DNA of 64,000 bases from Octopus sinensis (lineage: Eukaryota). This document shows, in pieces, positions 12,864 to 25,850 of the stretch. Where the stretch lies: positions 67,394,001 through 67,458,000 of the forward strand of contig NC_042999.1 in assembly GCF_006345805.1 (NCBI RefSeq), given 5' to 3'. Position numbers and translations under genes: made by a program. How positions within the stretch are numbered: the first letter of the stretch is position 1; each line of letters starts with the position of its first letter. Under the pieces are notes generated by a model. That model was not told the DNA's origin, did no database searches, and was given only the letters and a program-made list of their open reading frames with translations.

Positions 12864-12937
12864 GCCTGCTCGCTTAGCCAGCGGGGTGGCGTCATTTGAA
12901 GGCTAAAGCAATGCAAAGCGCATTGTGACCAGTGATG
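12668..12937. mobile_element. Inverted pair of family D SINE short-tail segments around a (TA)n spacer
   Basis: 12726-12803 and 12859-12937 are reverse complements; both match the tail of the SINE at 35106-35397. Confidence 0.75.
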
Positions 12938-12941
12938 ATAT

Positions 12942-13042
<101 letters not shown>

Positions 13043-13097
13043 TATAATGCAAAGATGTATGTATACATATATATAATATATATATATATATAATATA

Positions 13098-13129
<32 letters not shown>

Positions 13130-13201
13130 TTATGTGTGTGTGTGTGGTGTGTGTGTGTGTGTGAGTGTGCGTGTATACATATATATATATGTATACATAT
13201 T

Positions 13202-13515
13202 CACGTGGCTTAGTGGTTAAGGCATTCGGCTCACGATTGTAAGGTCGTAAGTTCAAATCCCGGCTACGCGTTGTGTCCTTGAACAAGACACTTTATCTCA
13301 TGTTGCTCCAGTTCACTCAGCTGGCAACAATGAGTTGTAGATGTATTTCAAAGAGCCGGCCTTGTCACATTCTGTGTCTTGCTGAATCTCCCTGAGAACA
13401 AAGTTAGAGGTACACGTGTCTGTGGATTGCTCAGTCATTTGCACGTTAATTTCACGAGCAGGCTGTTCCGTTGATCATATCAGCTGGGACCCTCGTCGTC
13501 GTAACCGACGGTGGG
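13202..13515 (+). mobile_element. tRNA-derived SINE family C
   Basis: Head GTGGCTTAGTGGTTAAGG..GTTCAAATCCC, then TTGTGTCCTTGAACAAGACACTT; second copy at 42861-43162. Confidence 0.85.
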
Positions 13516-15698
13516 CTCCCCACTCTCTCTCTCCCCATATATATATACACACACACACACGCACACACGCACACATATATATATATTCTCTGATGTATAA
13601 AGCATTGAATCACCAGCTGAAGATATGCAACCTTGAATGTCCAAGTTAACCAATAGGTTACGGGAGTTTGTTTTAACACATTGCATCAAAGCTTCGACTC
13701 CTGAACTTTAATAAGACATATTGAAGCGTGTCTATCTCTCTATCCCTCCTCTTCTCTTTCTCTCGTTTTCTTTCCAGTTACATCTCGTTGTCCTTCGCTC
13801 TGTTAGTGGGAGGTACAAACACAGGAAAGAAAGCCCTCCATTTTCTGAACTAATTATCTAACGTTTAGCCAGACGTTCCAGTAAATTAACCAACATTCGA
13901 TGGTTTACTTTAAGTCTTCTTTTCTTAACAGAAGAAAAGCTATATTTGCTATTCAATAACGAAAGAAGTATTATTGTTAGCAGCGTGAATATATTTTATA
14001 GCATTGTTTAATCGAGCAGATAACAGCTTGCCGCAATAGCCAGACTTCACAGCTGTCAAGTAAATCTGGCTTTGAAACACTGTTTTATGGTTCTAAGAAT
14101 GATTTTTCTCGGGTCAGGTTCTGAATTTATATCCAATCAAGCCAATGGCAACATGCAACCTGTTAGATACCACACAGTAGGTGTTAAGTTTGTGGATTAT
14201 GTCGTAACGTTTGCCACAATAACGTAAATAGCGGCTCAGTAGTAGTTCTTTATCTTACACAATAATATTTGACGTCTGTTCTCGTTTCTCTTAACCTTAT
14301 GTTCTGACTTCAATTTATCCTTTCTCTATTGCAGATAGAAAAGTAATGATTTAAAAAAAAAATATTTCTCATTGTGTTTCACAAGTGAAGTCTCGAACCA
14401 AGTACAATTAAATGTTCGGTCAAAGAATTGCTACAAAAGACAAAAGAAGACCGATCTCTTGCGTTGCATGATTTTATTTAACCAGGCGGAGTTGAACGTT
14501 TGCTAAGATCAACTCGTTTGCTAAGATCAACTCGTCTACTAAGATCAAGTCATCGTCGTCCTTGTTCTTGTAACTATTGTTTCTGGTTTAATTGCTTAAC
14601 ACCACGGCAGTAGTGATTGAGCAAACCTATGATCAAAAGCGTTCCATTTGTGGATGCCACGTCTTTTGTTTTTTAGATACAGTATATTTAGGATTACATT
14701 TCATGATAATGTCTCGCAGATTTTAAGATAGTAAAGTGAAATTCACTGGAAGTTTACATTAGCTTATATTTCCAACAGACCGGTTGACCACCGACCGTAA
14801 AGAGGTACCATTGTTCATTTTTAGAAATTTTTGTATTTTCAGATGATGCTAATATTCGAAGTTTGTCGCATTCTTGTCGAGAGTCAGCTGCATTAAAAGG
14901 GTTCAATGAAAATAATTAAGATGGTGGCGCTACAAAGAACCAAAATACTCAGAATGCAAGAAATCGGAAGCCTCTGCTCATTGCATGCGCATACATACAC
15001 AGAAGAACACACGCACACACACATACATATATACACTTACACACACACATACACATACACACACACATACACATTCCTTTTTGAATGAAGTACTCAGTCT
15101 AACAAATGGTAGAATGTATAAATAGCAAGCCAGTTTAAAACGCTAAAAAAAACTACACCGCAAATCATCTGAGTTGAGAGCCTTGTCTGTCGAAAACGGA
15201 AATATGTCTTATGTAGTCGCATGCATGCCAAGAGGCCAAGACTTGGCTGACTGATTAAGAAGTACCCTTATTAAGAAGTACTAAATTACCTTATTTGATA
15301 GTTTAGAATTATTCATGATGCTTTGTTCAATATCAACTCTGTATCTCCACTAAAAGTAATTGCAATGGACCGTGAAATTGCAACAAATAATATGAGCCTC
15401 CCACAGTTAACAGCATAAAATACAATCTGCAGCATTCAGTGTCTATTTTATTTCATATTTTTATGATTTTCGATTATCCACGAGTGTTTTTCTTTCTTTT
15501 AAATAGTGAATAAATGATACACAACAGTGATTTTCTTTTTCTTTTTTGATAAATTGAAATATAAAGTATGTTTTTTTATAATCATTTCATTTATTAAATG
15601 TAATTTCCCCATCAGAGGACAAGTTTGACGGATTTTCCTGCATAAGTCTGAATTCTTAATTAAAACTGGAGGGAGTGATAGGAGTTCTAATGATCATA

Positions 15699-16952
15699 CA
15701 GGGGATGAACAAAATAATGTAAACACCTAGCATCATAATTTTGAAATATCTATAAAACCGTCAAAAGTTTGTTTATTTTTATGTTGTTTATCTATTATTA
15801 GTGTTCTTTAATATCCTATGCTAAAATTGCTGTTTCTTTTCAGATATCATCAGAAAAAGGTAATTAAAATTCATTAAAATGACAGATCTGTCGGACTTTC
15901 AAAGAGGTCAAATTGTTGTTGCGCGTATGGCAGGCGCTAGCGTAACGAAAACAGCCGAAATGTTTTGTGTATCAAGAAGTACTGTCTCGAAAGTAATGAC
16001 AGCCTTTGAGAAAGAAGGAAAAACAACATCATCGAAACTAAACTCCGGAAGAAAACCAAAACTGTCAGATGGGGGCCATCGGACTCTTATGCGAATTGAT
16101 AGAAAGGATCACAAAAGTACAGCTCGCAAAATTACTGCAGAGCTTAATGACTATCTCGAGAACCCAGTTTCTACAAAAATTGTTTGCCGAGAGCTGCACA
16201 AAGCCCGATTTCACGGGAGGGCTGCAATCAGAAAAACCACTACTTTCAAAAACAAACGTTGCAAAGCATTTAGAGTGGAGTAAAAACCTACAGAACTGGT
16301 TCCTAGAGCAGATGAAGAATGTTATTTTCTCAGTCGAGTCATCCTTTACCGTATTTCCGACCACCGGCCGAGTATACGTGTAGAGACAGCCAAAAGAAGC
16401 ATTTGACCCAGACTGCCTTCTTCCAACTGTTAAACATGGAGGAGGATCTATGATGATCCGGGTGAAAATCCGCCAGCCCAATGGTTTCCCCTCATAGAAG
16501 AATTAATAGTCAAGACTATTTAAGCATTTTATCCGATCAAATTCATACTATAGTTGCAGAACTGTTTCCAGAGGACAACACAATCTTTCAGAATGATAAT
16601 GCACCAATTCACACGGCTAAAGTTGTTACTGAATAGTATGAGGAACATCCTAGTGAAGTTGAACAGATTATCTGGCCACCACAGTCCCCAGATCTCAATA
16701 TTATTGAATATTTATGGTGCATTTTAGAAAAACAAGTAAGGAGTCGATATCCTCTGCCATCATAACTACAAGAACTGGAGACTGTTTTAGCTGAAGAATG
16801 GACAAAAATTCCTTTGGAAACAATACAAACTTTGTACGAGTCCATATCTCGTAGAATTCAAACTGTAAATACTGCCGAATGAGGTCCTACCCCATATTAA
16901 AATAAATTTGTTTGAAATTTTAAGGTGTTTCTATTATTTTGTCTAACCCCTG
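15699..16952 (+). mobile_element. Tc1-like DNA transposon, full length (about 1.25 kb), non-functional
   Basis: TIRs CAGGGGATGAACAAAATAATGTAAACACC and GGTGTTTCTATTATTTTGTCTAACCCCTG, with TA on both sides. Confidence 0.92.
15879..16900 (+). pseudogene. Tc1 (DD34E) transposase, frameshifted with stops
   Basis: N-terminal HTH MTDLSDFQRGQIV; catalytic-domain motifs KHGGGSMMI, FQNDNAPIH and WPPQSPDLNIIEYLW across frames. Confidence 0.9.
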
Positions 16953-17081
16953 TATGTGTATATGGGGATACATATATGTACGTATAAATACGTTTATATA
17001 CGCACGCATACACACACATACACACACACACGAATATAAATACATACATACATACATACATACATACATACATACATACAT

Positions 17082-17144
<63 letters not shown>

Positions 17145-17169
17145 TATATACATGTGAGAAAGAGAGATG

Positions 17170-17470
17170 CAGTGATCCTAGAAGATTTGGCACCGAATTT
17201 TGGCATCGACAGTTATACCAGCCTCAAAACAGGACGCCACTACCTTGCTCCAAAGGTGCTATCCATCCCGTTTCGAGTAAAGACCAGGTACTGCGGTAGC
17301 TTGGGATTTAAAGGCCTACAGCTATTCAATATCTTAACAAAAAACCTGAGACATTTACATGGAGTGGGGAAAGATCTTTTCAAAAAGCACCTTGGCCTTT
17401 TGCTTTCCAAGATCTCAGATGAACTTATACTACAGCAAGAAACTCAAACGAGGGCGGCAGATTCAATTCA
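17170..17470 (+). mobile_element. LINE ORF2 C-terminal fragment, CR1/L2-like
   Basis: PNFGIDSYT..KTRYCGSLGFKGLQLFNILTKNLRHLHGVGKDLFKKHL resembles CR1-group C-termini (by eye). Confidence 0.5.
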
Positions 17471-18019
17471 CTGTGGAGTCGTTCACGATATATGAGGCTG
17501 TCTAGCTATCGGCTTCTTGCAAACCTGAGATATGGCGGAACTTTCGCTTCCTGAGGTGTTAGCGTAAAAGAATCCTCTAACTCTCCATATCGGCTCATCA
17601 TAGCCTCCCATGGAGATATCGAACCGCAGAACTTACTCCTTGATCAGGACTTCATTATCTCTTCCCTGCGTCAATTGCTGTTCTTATATCAAGGTTATTC
17701 ATCGTAGCAAACTATTTCCGGAAATCTAAAATAGCTTCTTAACGGACAGCATCACCTAAATATACAAAGACACCAAGCACTCTATTAAGAATAGAAGAAT
17801 TTGTGAATCGCCTCGCAATAGACGCTCTATAATACATTTAAGGATCAAATTCCCTAACGGCAAACACAAGTTGACAAATTTCTGAAAATTTGAATTGGGA
17901 ATATTTATTCAACATTTTATTCATTTTATTTTAAATGAATTTATTTTAAACCATTTAAATTTATTTTATTTAGATTCATTTAAATTTTATCGATATTTAT
18001 ATTTATATTTGTATTTATA

Positions 18020-19277
18020 TTAGGTTGTCAAGAAAGTTCTTGCGGTTTTTAACCATTAAATTCAGATGCACATATCTCGGCTCAAACAAAACTTTATTAA
18101 TCGAAATAAACACCAAGAGAATCAACACACTTTTGCCAACGCGAAACAAGTTTATTTATGCCAGTAGTGTAAAAATCTTGCGTTCTGGTGACGATGAAGG
18201 CGTGTTTGGCATCGTCTTGGTTTTTGAAGCATTTCTCACGCAGGAAGTTGTCGAGATGCTTAAATAAGTAGTCGGTAGGCGAGAGGTCTGGTGAGTATGG
18301 CGGATGAGGCAGAGTTTCGTAGCCCATTTCGTTCAACTTCTGCGGGGTCAGTTGTGCGACGTGCGGCCGAGAGTTGTCGTGGAGAAGAATTGGTCGTTTT
18401 CTATTGACCAGTGCTGGTTGTTATTGTCGAAGTTTCTTATGAATTTCATCCATTTGCTGACAGTACTTCTCCGCCGTAATGGTTTCGCCTGGATCCAAAA
18501 AGCTGCGATGGATGAGACCGGCCACAGACCACCAAACAGTCACCATGACCTTCTTTTGGTGCAACTTTGGCTTCGAGAAGTGCTGTGGACATTCGTCCAC
18601 GTCCACCCACTGAGCTGAGTGTCGTCGGTTGTCGTAAAGAATCCACTTTTCATCGCAAGAATAATCCGGTCGAGAAACGGGTCGTTCTTGTTGCGTAAAA
18701 GAAGGGAAGACGACACTTCAAAACGGCATTTCTTTTTGGTTGTCGTTCAGTTCGTGTGGCACCCATTTCTCAAGTATTTTTATTTTTCCAACTTTTTCAA
18801 GTGGTTGGAAATTGCTGTATACGCTACGTCTAATTCAGAAGCAAGCTCTCGAACAGTTGTACGTGGATTGGCTTCGACTAAAGCTCTTAGTTGATCGCTG
18901 TCAACATCCGATGGCCGACCATTACGCTTATAATCTTCAAGACTCTCGTCACCGCTACGAAATTTCTTGAACCACCATTGTGCTGTACGTTCATTAATAG
19001 CCAAACGCATCGTTGACATCGCGAGCTGTTTCAGCAGCTTTTCGGCCTAGCTTGAACAGGAATAAGAAAATTGAGCGAATTTGCTTTTTGTCCATGTTGT
19101 ATTCAACGTTCCGGAAAAAATGGCCTAATTTCTCAAAAAGAAAAAGAGTAATACGATTAAATAGAGCGAAAAACGGACTTTAAAATTATATATAAAGTCA
19201 AAGTAATTTAACGAAAATTAATTTGAGAATACATAATTTAAAATCAAAATTCTGCAAGAACTTTTTCGACAACTTAA
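18020..19277 (-). mobile_element. mariner transposon, full length, inserted in an (ATTT)-rich tract
   Basis: TIRs TTAGGTTGTCAAGAAAGTTCTTGC and GCAAGAACTTTTTCGACAACTTAA, with TA on both sides. Confidence 0.92.
18097..19095 (-). pseudogene. mariner (DD34D, Hsmar1/SETMAR-like) transposase, frameshifted
   Basis: MDKKQIRSIF start; WVPHEL (18748-18765); HDNSRPH (18361-18381); HPPYSPDLSPTDY. Confidence 0.92.
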
Positions 19278-20071
19278 TATTTATATCTTAATCTTAATTT
19301 ATTTATATTTCAGCTTATATTTTAATTTATTTTATTTATATTTATTTTATGTGAATTATCTAAAATTATTTTGAATTTATCTAATCTAAATTTTATCCAT
19401 AAATTTGAATTTAGGATATTTAGCAATGCACGTGTCCAACATCATTAGATAACCTTAGAATATCGTGAGGAGGAGAAAATTAGGTTTTGAAATGTTAATG
19501 ACCGTTTTATCGTCGTGGCCACCTCATACTGAAGTTTTTACTACTCAAACATTATCGAGCTTTTTATTGCTCAATTTGTATATGAATAATACGTCACCCT
19601 GTTTAACACTACCATCTGGCCCTTCATATGTCTTTAACAGTGTTTCGGTTGGATAATAGGTTTAACGTGTCACTATGATAAACATCACCACCTGGCCCTC
19701 TGGGTGTTTTTAGTGGAGTTTAAACATTCAATTTAACCATTACCGTGTAAGCATTCATACCTGATCCCCCGGTTTTTAATTTGCTCTGAATGTATTCATA
19801 CTTAACATCACCGTTGAAATCTCACTAACCTGGGAGGTTTTGAATACTGCAGTTTCTCTCTGGGTTAAATATTCAAATATATATATAATTATGAAAAACA
19901 CAGACATAGTTGTCTGGTTCAGAGTTTCATTTTGCAACTATGTGGTTTCGGATTCAGTCTTGAAGCGCAGCACATTGGACAAGTGTTTCTAATTATAGAT
20001 CCAGATTGACCAGTGCCTCGTGAGTAAATTTGATAGACGAAAACTGTATAGAAGCCCGTCGTATATATGTA

Positions 20072-21324
20072 CGAGGAGAGCCCAAAAATAACCGGAAACG
20101 TTCTCTGTGGCTAAGCCCGTTGTAGTTTAGGCCTCTGCCGCTAGAAGCCACTTGATGCAATCCTCAGGTATCAGTCTGCCAACCAGCGTCGTCGACTGAA
20201 GTCATACTGTCACGTGCTGTGTCTTTGTTTTGCAGTGCTTCTTTCCTGTTCGTCGAATTTTGCGATGGCTGAAACGAAGGAACAACGTGTTTCCATGAAA
20301 TTTATGTTTTGTGCTGGGAAAAACGGCGGCCAAAACAGTTGTCATGCTTCAAACAGCTTACAAGGACTCTGCCATGAGCAAAACACAAGTTTACGAGTGG
20401 TTTTCGAATGGTCACTTGTCGCTTGAGGACCAATCTCGTTCAGGGCGACCGTCGACCTCCTGAACGAACGAAAGCATCACGAAAATTCCTTGACTGATCT
20501 TGAAAGACCGTCGGTGAACGGTTGACGAACTTGTTGATATGACTGGCATGTCCTGGAGCTCCTGCCAACGAAGTTTGAACGAGGAACTGCGAATGAAAAG
20601 AATTGCAGCAAAATTTGTGCCTCGCTTGCTCACGGAAGATCAAAAGTAGTCACTACTGAATGCGTGTCGTGTACTGCGAAGAAAGCTGCTGCTACAGCTA
20701 CGACCCGGAAACGAAACAGCAATCAAGCATTCAATGTCACAACGCCCCCAAAAAGCGTGTCAAATGAAATCGAATGTCAAGACGTTGCTGATTTGTTTCC
20801 TCGATGTGAAAGGAATTGTCTATGCTGAATTTGTCCTCCTGGTCAAAGCGCTAACCAGACATTTTACTTAGAAGTTCTGGAGCATCTGCGAGACGCAGTG
20901 AGACGAAAACGCCCCGACCAGTGGCAAAATGGAGAGTGGTGGGGATTTCATCACGAGAATGCGCCTGCGTACGTCGCCTTGAGTGTGAGACAGTTTTTGC
21001 CAAAAGTGATATGACCTCGCCTGCTCACCCTCCCTATTTGCCCGATCTTGCTCTTTGCAACTTTTTTCTGTTTGCCTGAATGAAATACATCCTTATAGGA
21101 AAACGTTTTGCAGATGTGGGAGAGGCGAAGGAAAAAAAAACAGAGGCGTTAAAAGGCATCACTTCGCAAGAGTTCCACGCCTTCTTCGAACAGTGGAAAA
21201 CTCGTCTGGATTGATGCATTGCTTTAAATGGAGAATACTTTGAACGCGATAAAAGTGTAAACAGGTAAAACTAAGTGAATAAAATAATATTGCAAACTTC
21301 CGGTTTCTTTTGGGTACCACCTCG
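20072..21324 (+). mobile_element. Degenerate mariner transposon inserted in the TA run of a family B SINE remnant
   Basis: TIRs CGAGGAGAGCCCAAAAATAACCGGAA and TTCCGGTTTCTTTTGGGTACCACCTCG with TA flanks. Fragments MAETKEQRVSMKF (from 20265), KFVPRLLTEDQK, YDPETKQQ, HHENAPAY and HPPYLPDL. Confidence 0.88.
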
Positions 21325-21400
21325 TATATATATATATATATATATATATAGTGGTAACAGAAAAGAGGAATTTCGATTATCCCCACGTGGGATTAAAAAA

Positions 21401-21661
21401 GGAAAATATGCACACTTACATAGTTTTAATATAATTTTTAATATCTCGACCGGTTTCGCTATCGCTATTCATAATATTATGTTTTACTTATTTGAACATA
21501 TATTTTTCTTAAGAAGAAATTTTGTCCATGTTGTGTGTGATGAAATTCTGAAGAAAAAATATATATTCAAGTAAGTAAAACATAATATCATGAATAGCGA
21601 TAGCGAAACCGGTCGCTATATTAAAAATTATATTAAAACTATGTAAGTGTGCGTATTTTCC
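21401..21661. mobile_element. Third fold-back element with paired hammerhead-like motifs
   Basis: Arms 21401-21515 and 21546-21661 with a 30-nt spacer. Plus strand has CTGAAGA at 21548-21554 and GAAAC-CG-GTC at 21605-21614. Confidence 0.6.
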
Positions 21662-21689
21662 AATTTTAATTTCTTATATATATAGATAT

Positions 21690-21783
<94 letters not shown>

Positions 21784-21813
21784 TATATATATATATATAT
21801 ATACTATATACTA

Positions 21814-23110
21814 CTAGCAGATTGCCCGGCGATGCTCGGGGCTGAATTGCTTGAAAGTACTGTTAATGATGCACTGAATTATGATGATTATTCAGGCAAA
21901 TATTGATATAAGTTTACGGTGGGAGATAATAGGACTTAACGATCAAACGTGTGCCATTGCATTGTTTGGGGGAACCAAATTTCTGATGAGCATTAAGGGC
22001 ACCAACTTTAAGTTTGAGAATGTGTGGTGGTAGTCCGGGGGGCTCAAAGGAATTGAGTACCTCTATTGGATAGTTGTGACGTCCTCTGGGTCAGGAGTTG
22101 TATCGATAGACTGATATACATAGACTTCCCCAGGATGAGTTTTAGCATTTCATCATTATATGGTGAACAGTTTTATTCTCGGGGCCAGAATAGCCCTTTG
22201 GCCAATCCAATCCATATTCTGATAATTAGCTTGTAGATCTGGGAACACTGCATCTCTGAATCAGAAGGCGTTTTAACAATGGTACAAATGGAATCGATGG
22301 CAATATTACCATTTTCATCCCTGGTATTTTGCCTCGCCAAGTGCAAGGAGGGTGTGAGGAAATGCTGCTGATGTGATGTTATGTCGCATATGTGCACGCA
22401 TATTGGTGTGAAGTTTGAGAGTCTTCACCAGTGGCCACAATGTGGATGACTTAAAACACGCACTTACTGCATCAGCTGTAGTCCCTTTGGGAATAACGGG
22501 AAGTGTTTGTCGGAAGTCCCCTGAAAGAAGAAGTGTTATGCCTCCCATGGGAGGTGAAGAGTGTTTGATGTCTCTGAGAGATCTATCTAGTTCCCCAAGA
22601 GCACGTCTGTGAGCCATCGTGCATTCATCCCAAACGATAAGCTTGCATCGTCTGAAGACTTCTGCCTGATCGGAGCTGTTACTGATGTTGCAAGTTGGTG
22701 TCTCAGTCTTCGCTAAGTCAAGTGGAAGCTTGAAAGTGGAGTGAGCTGTCCTGCCGCCTGGCAACAAAGTAGCCGCAATTCCAGATGATTCCACAGCTAG
22801 GGCAATGCCTTGTGTTCGCCTAATCTCAGCCAATATTAATTTGTTGACAAAAGTTTTCCCAGTGCCCCCAGGAGCGTCCAGGAAAAAAATCCTCCCAGTT
22901 TTGGCCCGGACTGAATTAACAACGGAGTTGTAAGCGAACTTGTGTTCTGGAAGGAGCTTTGGCTCATTGTCGGCTATGTACTCGGCAAGCTCATCAACAT
23001 TAAAACATGTCTCACGCAGCAAATGTGAAGACAGAGTGTTTGTGCGTTCCTGGTTTGTTGAAGGTAGGTCATAGACCGGCAAGGCACTACCGCCCATATC
23101 AAGTACAGTA
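21814..23110 (-). mobile_element. Helitron 3' fragment
   Basis: Minus-strand 3' end: GC-rich hairpin (21825-21840) about 8 nt before the terminal CTAG (21814-21817), followed by T. Upstream lies helicase coding sequence. Confidence 0.88.
22315..23097 (-). pseudogene. Helitron RepHel PIF1-family helicase fragment
   Basis: Walker A DAPGGTGKTF, SSGIAATLLPGGRTAHSTFKLP, IVWDECTM and LLLSGDFRQTLPVIP. Frameshifted continuation to about 21900; no Rep domain. Confidence 0.92.
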
Positions 23111-23188
23111 TCTTCGAACGTAGTTTGTTACCACACAGCCACACCTGCCCCTATGTATGTGTGTGCGTGTGTGTGTGTGTGTGTGTGT

Positions 23189-23236
<48 letters not shown>

Positions 23237-23931
23237 AGTGTATGGGTATATATATTATGCATGTATATATGTGTATATATATATGTGTACATATTACATG
23301 TACATCTATATATATATACATCTACACATAAAATACAAAATACAAAGTTATATCTTGATATCGCTAGTGATAACAATACTCAAAATATATAACAGACTGG
23401 AATTGTAGGCCCGTCTCTTGCAATGTCGATCAATTGGATCTTGTATAGAAGTGTACGGCTGCAGCGAAATTCATTTTTGGACTGTCTTCTATGGAAGGCA
23501 TTTTAACAAAAATGCTTCCGTAAAGACGGTGAAAATATTGTCAATTTCCCCAAACAGGGACACAATTCAATTTTGAAACAATAACCAAAGCCCCTTCTCC
23601 GAAAGGGGGAGGTTACGGTTTACAATTATTTAACAAATGCAACACAACAACGTTTCCTTGGCGAGGAACCAACAAACGTGATTACAATAGTCAAACAGTA
23701 ATAATAATAACAACAAACCTTTTTAATTTATCCCCATTTATGTGAAACCACTTATTCAAGTTCAAGTCATTGATGCAATTGTATACGAGTTGCTAATACA
23801 CACACACATAATAAGGGTGAAAAATTGAATATTAATTTGATTAATATGAATTGAAAACCAGTGGTGTAGCATATAAGACCATACCGGATCTTCTAGCAAA
23901 AAGGATGACCAGTATGAATGGCTCATCCCTG

Positions 23932-24020
<89 letters not shown>

Positions 24021-24677
24021 AGCTTACAATTTTCTTTCAACAATTGACACTGACATATATGTATATGTTTGCGTGTCCATGTGTGTAAAGAGGCAGAGTA
24101 AAGCCTTTGAAGTGAAAGAGGGAAATAGTAAAATATTGAGTTTTCTCGAATTTTTGCTTAATTGGGGGTCAAATTGAAAGAAATTTGTATGCCATGACCG
24201 AATGGAAGTACTTGGAAACATCATAGGTAAACTCTAATTGAAGAAATTGTGTGAGGAGTAAATCGTTATGTATTTATTTGTTTCTGTTTGCTGTGTATTA
24301 TTTTTTGAGTAGTGGTTTTAGGTACACTTGCAAAGAGAAAGTAGGAGAAATTAGGGTGATAGCATGAGTGAAGCAGTTCATCCCTGTTATATAAATAATT
24401 TCACTTTAATCGTTGCACACTTGCAACGAGAAAGTAGCAGAAAGTGTGGTGGTAATGGTAGGAGTGAAGCACTTGAAAGAAAAGAGGGAAATGGTAAAAT
24501 ATTTACTTTTCTCGAATGTTTGCTTAATTGCAAAACTTTACATGGCATGACCCGATGAAACCTACTTGTAAAAATGATAGGTAAATTCCAATTGAAGAAA
24601 TTCTATATTGTAGAATTGTATAAAAAACAAACGGTTTGGGAGGCAGATAAAATCTGCCTTTTATCATAAGAATAAGA

Positions 24678-24719
<42 letters not shown>

Positions 24720-24728
24720 TATATATAT

Positions 24729-24935
24729 ATGCATATATACATACGTATATGTACATACTTACATCTATATGCATATAGATATGCATATGTGGTCACAGGA
24801 CGTCACGAAACGTGTACAACAAAAAATAGGAAACACGAGTACATGGAACATGAGCTATTCTTTCGAACAACGAGAGACAAATGGAAAGCAAAACAAACAT
24901 AAAGAACGACCCTTCATCAGTTGTTGGCTGTTTCT
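24729..24935. mobile_element. Single-arm relative of the 502-1010 element
   Basis: Shares a 39-bp near-identical segment with 531-569 and CCTTCATCAG (24911-24920); adjacent to (TA)n. Confidence 0.55.
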
Positions 24936-24946
24936 CTAGTCTCTCT

Positions 24947-24977
<31 letters not shown>

Positions 24978-25264
24978 GTATGTATATATATATGTATGTA
25001 TATACATATATTATATATATGTGCGTGTTTGTGCTTGTCCTCTACCGCTTGATAATCTGAGTTAGTTTATTTACGTTCTGTAACTTAGTAGTTAGGCAAA
25101 AAAAACGATATGCTAAGTACCAGAATTTAAAACAACCATAGGTTCTGGTATTGATTTGTCCGACTAAAGCCCTCAGGGTGATGCCCCAGCATGGCCGCAG
25201 TCCAATAACTGAAACACGTAATGGATAAAAGATGAAAGAGTTAAATATGTTTGATATATATATC

Positions 25265-25346
<82 letters not shown>

Positions 25347-25850
25347 CAGGAAGAGAGAAATTATGTGAGAGAGAGAGAGGGGGAGGGAAGAAGAGAGAGA
25401 AACAGAGAGAGAAACAGACAGACAGACAGAGAGTTAGACAGATGAGATCCAGAGATTCTCAATATTGAAAACAGTAGCGCTCAAATGATTTGAACTTTAC
25501 ACTCCGAAACCTTTACCTAGGAATATGTCCGCGGGATAAAGAGTGGCTACAAGAGGGATCCAGGTGAGCAGATATGGAAACAATGATGCAGATAAACAGG
25601 TAAAACTGCTTGGCTTTGATATACAAAATACATATACTAATATATTTAAGACTGAAAATTTCCAGGTGATGAATATTCAAGTATGAATATATATTTATAT
25701 ATCAACAGAACTAACTTATACATCGTACAAAGACACATTCCCGTTTTGGCTCAGACTTTCCGCAATTCGTTACAAAAAACGGTGTTCTACCATGAAGAAG
25801 CTTTCTCAGCTTAATTCCTAAAGTGATTAGTTTCTCCACATTGATGGTTT

